64,000 nt of DNA from Candidatus Omnitrophota bacterium (GTDB lineage: Bacteria; Omnitrophota; Gorgyraeia; Duberdicusellales; 4484-171), in assembly GCA_021735655.1 (NCBI GenBank), contig JAIPGM010000003.1:160001-224000 (forward strand), read 5' to 3'. The first letter of the stretch is position 1; every line of letters starts with the position of its first letter. The translations under genes and the position numbers were made by a program. Below, piece by piece: positions 57,003-64,000 of the stretch. The notes under the pieces are model-generated. The model was not told the origin of the DNA. It worked only from the letters and a program-made list of their open reading frames with translations, and did not search any database.

Positions 57003-59544
57003 ATTAAGAAATGCATTTTTAGATTTTTTTAAAGCTAAGGGGCATAAGTTCTTTACATCTGATACTTTAGTTCCCGATGATCAGTCATTACTTTTTACTT
57101 CAGCCGGAATGAATCAGTTTAAGCCTTACTTTTTGGGTGAAAAGAAAGATATAAAAACAGCTACATCTTGTCAGAAGTGCTTGCGTACTGGTGACTTAGA
57201 GAATGTTGGTAAAACTGCCTATCACCATACTTTTTTTGAGATGCTTGGTAATTTTTCTTTCGGTGATTATTTCAAGAAAGAAGCTATAGTCTATGCTTGG
57301 GAGTTTATTACTAAAAAAGCAAAACTAAAGGAGAAAGATTTATGGGTTTCGGTATATAAAGATGATGTCGAGGCCTATAAGATTTGGAAGGATCAAATAG
57401 GGATTCCTAAAAACAAAATTGTTAAATTAGGAGAGGACAGCAACTTTTGGCCGGCAAATGCTCCTAGCCTAGGTCCTGATGGACCTTGCGGCCCGTGTTC
57501 AGAGATTTTTTTTGATCAAGGGGAAGAAGTTGGCTGTAGAAAAAAAGGCTGTAACCCCGATTGTAGTTGCGGCCGGTTTGTTGAAGTTTGGAATTTAGTT
57601 TTTACGCAGTTTAATCGAACAGGAAAAAATAAATTAGAACCTTTGCCTCAGAATAACATTGATACTGGTATGGGCCTTGAAAGGATGGCTTGCGTTTTGC
57701 AGGGTAAAAACTCTAACTTTGAAATTGATATTTTAGCGCCGATAGTTAGTCAAGCTAGACAGCTGATTGCTACAGAAAAGCAAGATAAGGCAACACTTGG
57801 GTTAATATACGCTATAGTTGATCATGTTCGAGCAGCAACCTTTTCTATTTCTGACGGAATATATCCTTCAAATGAAGATAGGGGATATGTAATTAGAAAA
57901 ATAATTCGTAAAGCTCTTTGGTCTGCACATCTTTTGGCTAAAAAAGAGCCTTTTCTTTATAGTTTGTCTGACTATGTTGTTGAGGTAATGAAAGATGTTT
58001 ATCCTGAACTAGATAAGAAAAGAGAAGCCATTGCTAAAGTTATCCGGGCCGAAGAGGAAAAATTTTTGGCAACTCTTAACGATGGACAGTATCAGATCTC
58101 GTTACTAGTTAAAGCTTTAAACAAAGAAAATAAAAAAACAATAAAATCCGAAGACCTATTTCGTTTTTATGATACTTATGGATTACCGCTTGAGCTTACT
58201 AAGGAGATAGCTAAGGAAGCCAGTTTGGGGGTAGATGAAAAAGGGTTTAATGATTTACTAAAGCAACAACAAGAACGTTCTCGGAAAAAGAGTATGTTTG
58301 ATGAAAATATATTTAAAAAAGGAAAGTTAAGCTTAACCGAGAAAACTAAGTTTGTTGGCTATGAACTTAATGAAATTAAAGTTTCAATAGAGAAGGTATT
58401 TTTAGGTGATGAGACCTTGGTTGTTTTAGATAAAACTCCTTTTTATCCTGAAGCTGGTGGCCAACTTTCAGACAAAGGTATTATTAAGTCAGATCAAGGT
58501 GAGTTTCAAGTAGAACAAGTTTTTAAAGTTAATGAAGCAATTGTCCATAAAGGTACAATCATTAAGGGGAACATAGAAAAAGGAGCTTGTTTGGCCGTTG
58601 TCGATACCAAAAGAAGAAAGGCTTTAGCTCGTTCGCATACGGCAACTCATCTTTTGCAGGCTGCTTTACGTAGAGTTTTGGGCGATCACGTTGTTCAGCA
58701 AGGCTCATTAGTTGATGAAGATAAATTTCGTTTTGATTTTACTCATTTTAATAAGTTAACTGAAGAAGAGAAGGCCAAGATTACCGCCTTAGTTAAAGAG
58801 TTTATCAAAGGCCGGGCTAAGGTTGAGAAGAAAGAACTTAGCTTTAAGCAGGCCAAAGAAGAAGGAGCCTTAGCTTTTTTTAAGGATAAGTATCAGGACA
58901 AGGTAAGGGTAGTTTCGATTTCTGATTATAGCAAAGAGCTTTGCGGCGGGACTCATGTTGATAACACTGCTGAAATAGAGGATTTTGAAATCGAGTCGGA
59001 GTCTTCAATCAGCAGCGGCATTAGAAGAATCAGGGCTTCAGTAGCTAAACAGGCTCAGCTAGTCATAGAGGTTCGTCAAAAAACAGAGGAAGAGCTAAAA
59101 AAGCGTTCTGAAGAGTCGAAGAAGCCGGATCGGGGAAAAATTACTCAAAAATTCAATCAAGGAAAGGAAGAACTTTTATTAAAGACTCCAGAAATTATAA
59201 AGGGAGTAAATCTTCTATATGTTTACAGTCAAGAGAGTCCCCTTACGATTAAGGAAGAGAAGGAAGTTATGCTTAAATTGTCAGATAGCTTAAAGAAAAA
59301 AATAAAATTGGCAGTTATATTCTTAGTTAGAAGAGTTGAGGGCAAGGATATTTTTATTTGCTCAGCTGGCGATGATCTAGTTAATAAGGGCTTTAGTTGC
59401 CGAAAACTAATTTCTGAGTTTGGAGAAAAATTATCCCTAAGAGGCGGTGGAAGTGATAAAATAGTCCAAGGATCAGTAGCTAACTGGAGTGATGGATTCT
59501 TAGACCAATTAAAAGAGGTTCTTAACCAATTTATAAAATTATGA
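56989..59544 (+). CDS. alaS: Alanyl-tRNA synthetase
   Basis: 851 aa. Class II catalytic core, editing domain with HxxxH...CxxxH (HTATHLL), C-terminal DHHA1. Confidence 0.95.
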   Translation: MKTVELRNAFLDFFKAKGHKFFTSDTLVPDDQSLLFTSAGMNQFKPYFLGEKKDIKTATSCQKCLRTGDLENVGKTAYHHTFFEMLGNFSFGDYFKKEAIVYAWEFITKKAKLKEKDLWVSVYKDDVEAYKIWKDQIGIPKNKIVKLGEDSNFWPANAPSLGPDGPCGPCSEIFFDQGEEVGCRKKGCNPDCSCGRFVEVWNLVFTQFNRTGKNKLEPLPQNNIDTGMGLERMACVLQGKNSNFEIDILAPIVSQARQLIATEKQDKATLGLIYAIVDHVRAATFSISDGIYPSNEDRGYVIRKIIRKALWSAHLLAKKEPFLYSLSDYVVEVMKDVYPELDKKREAIAKVIRAEEEKFLATLNDGQYQISLLVKALNKENKKTIKSEDLFRFYDTYGLPLELTKEIAKEASLGVDEKGFNDLLKQQQERSRKKSMFDENIFKKGKLSLTEKTKFVGYELNEIKVSIEKVFLGDETLVVLDKTPFYPEAGGQLSDKGIIKSDQGEFQVEQVFKVNEAIVHKGTIIKGNIEKGACLAVVDTKRRKALARSHTATHLLQAALRRVLGDHVVQQGSLVDEDKFRFDFTHFNKLTEEEKAKITALVKEFIKGRAKVEKKELSFKQAKEEGALAFFKDKYQDKVRVVSISDYSKELCGGTHVDNTAEIEDFEIESESSISSGIRRIRASVAKQAQLVIEVRQKTEEELKKRSEESKKPDRGKITQKFNQGKEELLLKTPEIIKGVNLLYVYSQESPLTIKEEKEVMLKLSDSLKKKIKLAVIFLVRRVEGKDIFICSAGDDLVNKGFSCRKLISEFGEKLSLRGGGSDKIVQGSVANWSDGFLDQLKEVLNQFIKL

Positions 59545-60761
59545 GAGTAGTAAGAAATTTAGACAGTTTAGAAAAAATACTTAGCAAGAAAAGGCTAAGA
59601 AAAAACAAAATTAACGAGAAGGTTGCTAAGATTATAAAGAGCGTTAGCGATAGTGGTGATATTGCCTTAGTTGAATTTACCAAGAAGTTCGATAAGGTAA
59701 AGATATCTCATCGCGAACTCAGGATAAGCGAATCGGAGATAAGCGCAGCCTTTAATGAGTTAGATTCAAAACTTATCTCGGCTTTTAAGGTAGCCATAGA
59801 TAACGTAACTAAATTCTATAAACACCAGATTCCTAAAACAACCAGAGTAAGAAACGCAAACGGTAAAACGCTTACCAGCCGTTATGTGCCACTTGAACGT
59901 GTCGGCGTGTATGTTCCAGCCGGAACCGCTCCTTTAGTTTCATCGGTCTATATGGCAGTTATCCCAGCTATAGTTGCTGGAGTAAAAGAAATAGTCTTAG
60001 CCTCGCCACCAGGAAAAGATAAGAGCCTGAATCCTTTCATTCTGGCGATGGCATCTTTGCTTAAAATAAAGGAAATTTATCGTATTGGTGGCGCTCAAGC
60101 AGTAGGTGCCTTGGCTTACGGAACTAAAACAATTAAAAAGGTTGATAAAATTGTTGGTCCGGGTAATGAATTTGTGACTGAAGCTAAGCGTCAGGTTTTC
60201 GGCAAGGTCGGTATTGATATGTTGGCCGGTCCTTCGGAAGTAGTTATTTTAGCCTCTAAGGATGCCAATGTAGAATATATTATTGCTGATTTAGAGTCAC
60301 AAATTGAGCATTATAATGGATCAGGTATTTTAATTACTAATTCTAGGAGAATTATTCGTGAAGTTAGGAAAAGGAAAACTCCTGGCTTAGCTTTAAGAGT
60401 TAGGAACCTTGAAGCTGGTTGCCAAGTGGTTAATCGGATCGCTCCTGAACATTTAGAAATTTTAACTAAGAAGCCGGCAGCCCTATTGAAAAAAATTAAA
60501 AACGCCGGCGCAATATTTTTAGGAGATTATACTCCGGTGGCTTTAGGAGACTATACGGCTGGGCCAAGTCACGTTCTCCCCACCGGTGGAAGCGCGCGTT
60601 TTTTCTCTTGTCTTTCAGTGAAGGATTTTTTGAAAGAAGTCCATGTGATAAATTACACTAAAAAGGCCTTGCAGGAAGAGGTAGAAGTTTTAGAGAAAAT
60701 AGCCGGATTGGAGGGGATGAATAAACACATTGAAAGTGTTAAGAAGAGGCTTCAAGCATAA
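59541..60761 (+). CDS. hisD: Histidinol dehydrogenase
   Basis: 406 aa. Confidence 0.85.
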   Translation: MRVVRNLDSLEKILSKKRLRKNKINEKVAKIIKSVSDSGDIALVEFTKKFDKVKISHRELRISESEISAAFNELDSKLISAFKVAIDNVTKFYKHQIPKTTRVRNANGKTLTSRYVPLERVGVYVPAGTAPLVSSVYMAVIPAIVAGVKEIVLASPPGKDKSLNPFILAMASLLKIKEIYRIGGAQAVGALAYGTKTIKKVDKIVGPGNEFVTEAKRQVFGKVGIDMLAGPSEVVILASKDANVEYIIADLESQIEHYNGSGILITNSRRIIREVRKRKTPGLALRVRNLEAGCQVVNRIAPEHLEILTKKPAALLKKIKNAGAIFLGDYTPVALGDYTAGPSHVLPTGGSARFFSCLSVKDFLKEVHVINYTKKALQEEVEVLEKIAGLEGMNKHIESVKKRLQA

Positions 60762-60770
60762 GGAGATCAG

Positions 60771-61388
60771 ATGAGAAAAGCCCAAATAAAAAGAAAGACT
60801 AATGAAGTGGACATAAAGGGTAATTTTGTTGTTGATGGGGAAGGCAAAACCAAGCTAAATACTAGTTTTGAGCCGCTCAATCATTTATTGACCCTTTTTG
60901 CCTTTCACGGTTTGTTTGATTTAGATTTAGCGGCTGAAGGCGATCTTCAGCATCATATAATTGAAGATATTGGCATAGCTTTAGGTAAGGCCTTCAAGGA
61001 AGCTTTGGGTGATAAAAGTGGTATCAATCGGTACGGTAGCTTTTCAGCAACCATGGATAAAGTGGTGGTTGAAGCTAATGTTGACATATCGGGTAGGCCA
61101 TCTTTACATAGAGAAATTACCGCGGCCAATAAAGTTGGTGTCGATACAATTTTAGATAGTGGGACCTTCGATGATACTAGCTTTACCGCTAAACATGCCG
61201 AAGAGTTTTTAGAAGCTTTTACTCAGCATGGGGGATTGAGCCTGGTCTATAACATAAAGTCAGGAGAAGGTGATCTTCATCACATTCTGGAAGCTCTTTT
61301 TAAAGCGATGGGCAAGGCTCTAGATCAAGCTACCCAGATTGATCCACGCCGCAAAGGCATTCCTTCGACAAAAGGAATAATTGATTAA
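60771..61388 (+). CDS. hisB: Imidazoleglycerol-phosphate dehydratase
   Basis: 205 aa. IGPD His-rich motifs (HHIIED). Confidence 0.85.
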   Translation: MRKAQIKRKTNEVDIKGNFVVDGEGKTKLNTSFEPLNHLLTLFAFHGLFDLDLAAEGDLQHHIIEDIGIALGKAFKEALGDKSGINRYGSFSATMDKVVVEANVDISGRPSLHREITAANKVGVDTILDSGTFDDTSFTAKHAEEFLEAFTQHGGLSLVYNIKSGEGDLHHILEALFKAMGKALDQATQIDPRRKGIPSTKGIID

Positions 61389-61403
61389 TTAGTAATTAAA
61401 ATT

Positions 61404-62003
61404 ATGATAGTAGTTGTTGATTACGGAATGGGTAATTTAAAAAGCGTAGCTAACGCTTGTAGGCTTTTAGGAAAACCGGCTATAGTTACTGATTCTAAGG
61501 AAGTAATAGCTAAGGCTGAGAAGATAATTTTTCCTGGTGTTGGTCATTTTGCTCAGGCGATGAAAGAGCTTAAAAAGCGAGGTTTGATTTCGGTAATTAA
61601 GAAAAAGATAGCCGAAGGCGCTCCTTTTTTCGGTATCTGTTTAGGTATGCAGATATTATTTGAGGAAAGCCAGGAAGCCCCGGGACTAAAGGGTCTAGGA
61701 GTTATTAAAGGAAAGGTTAAGAAGTTTAAAGATAAGAGTTTGCGTATTCCTCATATGGGTTGGAATCAGATAAATATTAAAAAGCCAACTATGTTTAAAG
61801 GGGTTAAAGACAGAAGTTTTCTTTACTTTGTTCACTCCTACTATTGTGAACCAAAAGATAAGAAAATAGTTGCAACTACTACTGATTATGGGGTTGAATT
61901 TGTTTCAAGCATAAGTGTTGAAAATATCTGGGCAGTTCAATTCCACGCTGAGAAAAGTCAAAGATTAGGCCTTAAGCTTTTCGATAACTTTTTAAAACAA
62001 TGA
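61404..62003 (+). CDS. hisH: Imidazole glycerol phosphate synthase, glutaminase subunit
   Basis: 199 aa class I GATase (GICLGMQ, HSY). Confidence 0.85.
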   Translation: MIVVVDYGMGNLKSVANACRLLGKPAIVTDSKEVIAKAEKIIFPGVGHFAQAMKELKKRGLISVIKKKIAEGAPFFGICLGMQILFEESQEAPGLKGLGVIKGKVKKFKDKSLRIPHMGWNQINIKKPTMFKGVKDRSFLYFVHSYYCEPKDKKIVATTTDYGVEFVSSISVENIWAVQFHAEKSQRLGLKLFDNFLKQ

Positions 62004-62710
62004 TTGTAATACCGGCTATCGATTTATATCAAGGAAAGGTTGTCCGCCTTATAAAAGGGGATATAAAATATTCTAAGGTTTACAGCGATAATCCTGTAGA
62101 GATTGCCAAAAAATGGGAAGCTGAGGGTGCAGAGCTTCTTCACTTAGTTGATCTTTCGGCTGCTCTTGGTGAAGGTGATAACTTAGAGGTAATAAAGGAT
62201 ATCATTGCTGAAGTTGACATCGAGGTTCAGGTTGGTGGTGGCATACGTGATATTAAGAAGGCTAAACAGCTTTTGTCCTTAGGCGTTGAAAGGGTAATTA
62301 TTGGAACCAAAGCTTTAGACGAGGACTTTCTTAATGAGGTTTTAAAATCTTTAGGTAAAGAGAAGTTTGCTATTGGCGTAGATGTTTTTAATTCTTGTTT
62401 GGCAATTGATGGCTGGAAGGAAAAGACTGATTTCAGCGGTTTAGATTTTGTAGCTTACCTGCAGCTTAAAGGTATAAGCTGGGTCATTTATACCGATGTT
62501 TGTCGCGATGGAACTTTGGAAGGCCTTGACTTCGATCAGATAACTAAGCTAGATATGTTTAGCGATATGAAAATTATAGCTTCCGGAGGAGTAGCTTCTT
62601 TAGATGATTTAAGGTTGTTGAAGAAACGTGCCCCTTTCATTTGGGGGGTTATAGTTGGCAAGGCTCTCTATGAAGGTAAATTTACCCTGACTGAAGCCCT
62701 TGGTGAGTAA
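62000..62710 (+). CDS. hisA: ProFAR isomerase HisA
   Basis: 236 aa. HisA-type N-terminus IIPAIDL(x)GKVVRLxKGD. Confidence 0.8.
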   Translation: MIVIPAIDLYQGKVVRLIKGDIKYSKVYSDNPVEIAKKWEAEGAELLHLVDLSAALGEGDNLEVIKDIIAEVDIEVQVGGGIRDIKKAKQLLSLGVERVIIGTKALDEDFLNEVLKSLGKEKFAIGVDVFNSCLAIDGWKEKTDFSGLDFVAYLQLKGISWVIYTDVCRDGTLEGLDFDQITKLDMFSDMKIIASGGVASLDDLRLLKKRAPFIWGVIVGKALYEGKFTLTEALGE

Positions 62711-62734
62711 TTCTGTCGGTTTGCAATTTAGCTG

Positions 62735-62762
62735 TTGACAATATTATCAAATATGATATAAA
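62735..62762 (+). promoter_or_regulatory. Putative sigma70 promoter of rplM-rpsI
   Basis: TTGACA (62735-62740), 16-nt spacer, TATAAA (62757-62762). Confidence 0.45.
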
Positions 62763-62788
62763 AGGCTCTTAAGAATTTCAAGAAAAAT

Positions 62789-63214
62789 ATGAAAAAGACT
62801 AAGTTTTTCAACCCTAAAGAGAGAAGGTGGGTAGTTATTGACGCCAAGGATAAGGTCTTAGGCCGTCTAGCTACGCGTATAGCCATAGTTTTGCAAGGTA
62901 AAAATAAGGCGACTTATACACCAAATTCTATTTGTGGTGATCGGGTCGTTGTGATTAACGCAAGGCATGCAAGACTTACTGCTAATAAGGCTGAAACTAA
63001 GAGCTATGATCGTTATTCAGGATATCCTAGTGGTCGCAAGGATTTAACTTTAAAAGAGTTAATGAAGAAAAATCCTACTCGGGTAATGTATCTGGCGGTA
63101 AAGGGCATGGTTCCCAAGAATAACCGTGGCAGAGAAATGATGAAATCTTTAAAAATATATGCTGAGGCTGAGCATAATCAGCAGGCTCAGAAACCGGAGT
63201 CAATTAATATTTAA
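62789..63214 (+). CDS. rplM: 50S ribosomal protein L13
   Basis: 141 aa. RWVVIDAKDKVLGRLAT. Confidence 0.95.
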   Translation: MKKTKFFNPKERRWVVIDAKDKVLGRLATRIAIVLQGKNKATYTPNSICGDRVVVINARHARLTANKAETKSYDRYSGYPSGRKDLTLKELMKKNPTRVMYLAVKGMVPKNNRGREMMKSLKIYAEAEHNQQAQKPESINI

Positions 63215-63216
63215 TT

Positions 63217-63627
63217 ATGAAAGCAAAAATAAAAGAAAAAGAAAATTTCGCTGCCACTGGCCGAAGGAAAAAAGCTATCGCTCGGGTACGTGTTTTTCCT
63301 CAAGGAAAAGGTAAATTAGTGATTAATGGTAGAGATTTTGAGGCTTACTTTTCTACAGTTGATAATAGAATGCAGGTTAGGAAAACATTAATTGTAACTG
63401 AGTCTGAAGGTAAAATGGATGTTTTCGCTAATGTTAGTGGGGGAGGCCTTAGCGGCCAGGCTGGAGCTGTAAGCTTAGGTATAGCTCGTTGTATGGTTGA
63501 ATGGAATCCAGAACTTCGTAGTTTATTGCGAAGGGAAGATCTTCTTACCCGTGATCCTCGCGCCAAAGAACGCAAGAAATACGGCCGTAAAGGCGCCCGC
63601 AAAAGATTTCAGTGGACGAAACGGTAA
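63217..63627 (+). CDS. rpsI: 30S ribosomal protein S9
   Basis: 136 aa ending GRKGARKRFQWTKR. Confidence 0.95.
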   Translation: MKAKIKEKENFAATGRRKKAIARVRVFPQGKGKLVINGRDFEAYFSTVDNRMQVRKTLIVTESEGKMDVFANVSGGGLSGQAGAVSLGIARCMVEWNPELRSLLRREDLLTRDPRAKERKKYGRKGARKRFQWTKR

Positions 63628-63738
63628 CTTTTACAGTTACTTTCAAGTCTTAATTCCAGTAAAACTATTTGATTGGGTTAATTGTTTAGGCCTGAAATGC
63701 CTTGACAATTCTAGCTATTTGGGTTAATTTATTTTATT

Positions 63739-64000
63739 ATGTTTAGTTCAATTGAAGATATTTTAGCTGATATTTTAGTCGGAAAGCCAGTAATCGTAGT
63801 CGACGATGAGGCTCGAGAAAATGAGGGGGATTTAGTAGTTGCTGCTGAATTCGCTACTCCTGAGGCGATTAATTTTATGATTAAGGAGGCTCGGGGTTTA
63901 GTTTGCGTTCCGATGGAGCGTTCGCGAATCGAAGCTCTTGATTTAGAGCCAATGCATCATAAGCCTTCCCGAGATCCTTTCAAAACAGCTTGGCGAGTTT
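63739..64000 (+). CDS. ribB: 3,4-dihydroxy-2-butanone-4-phosphate synthase (RibB or RibBA N-terminus), 3' partial at window end
   Basis: ATG at 63739. [47 protein letters not shown] is typical of DHBP synthase. No FMN riboswitch core is evident upstream. Confidence 0.7.
   Translation, partial: MFSSIEDILADILVGKPVIVVDDEARENEGDLVVAAEFATPEAINFMIKEARGLVCVPMERSRIEALDLEPMHHKPSRDPFKTAWRV

Noticed and set aside
63628-63738. Possible FMN riboswitch upstream of ribB
   Set aside because: The intergenic region is only ~110 nt and lacks the conserved FMN aptamer segments; only a promoter-like TTGACA is present.
1-64000. CRISPR arrays, IS elements, integrases, prophage or defense-island signatures
   Set aside because: No direct-repeat/spacer periodicity, no transposase or integrase-like ORFs, and no long inverted terminal repeats were seen. 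Gene content is essentially all housekeeping or envelope.

Overview
This is a dense, low-GC (by eye roughly 35-40%), almost entirely plus-strand housekeeping stretch from a diderm bacterium. LPS and outer-membrane genes are present: lpxB, an lpxL-family acyltransferase, an msbA-like exporter, lnt, and BamD-like and LptE-like proteins. I count 60+ protein genes and six tRNAs: Ala-GGC and Leu-CAA arranged divergently, and a Lys-UUU/Leu-UAG/Gly-GCC cluster after frr. I found no transposases, integrases, CRISPR arrays, or toxin or defense-type genes.

The recognisable core includes leuS, nfo, the rpsT/murJ divergent pair, prfB-secA-lnt, class II RNR (nrdJ), gpmA and mnmG. It also includes rpsB-tsf-pyrH-frr, a regulatory PTS module (ptsN-yvcK-ptsH-ptsI), and the aromatic cluster pheA-(pilin)-hisC-aroF-tyrA-cmk. 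Further downstream lie lepA-lepB, pgsA-plsY, recA-htrA-recX-alaS, hisDBHA, rplM-rpsI and the start of ribB(A).

The non-housekeeping content is as follows. Two paralogous type IV pilin / pseudopilin genes have an unusual -1 residue (V or S instead of G). A DUF4234/DUF2752 membrane-protein pair sits next to comEA-comEC. A BamD-like TPR protein is fused to a ~350-aa K/E/R/A-rich, TolA-domain-II-like repeat tail. A UvrC homologue lacking the HhH domain is translationally coupled to a stand-alone MGMT-domain protein. There is an unassigned membrane-anchored coiled-coil protein, and the YvcK homologue carries an N-terminal two-helix membrane anchor.

Several near-consensus sigma70 promoters are visible directly. 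The tRNA-Ala/tRNA-Leu pair shares a palindromic bidirectional -35 element. A perfect 16-bp NrdR-box-like palindrome lies over the nrdJ promoter. The pilin N-termini (FTLIELIVVIAIIAILAAI) are like those common in Omnitrophota/Elusimicrobia-type genomes, but the taxonomic placement is only a guess.
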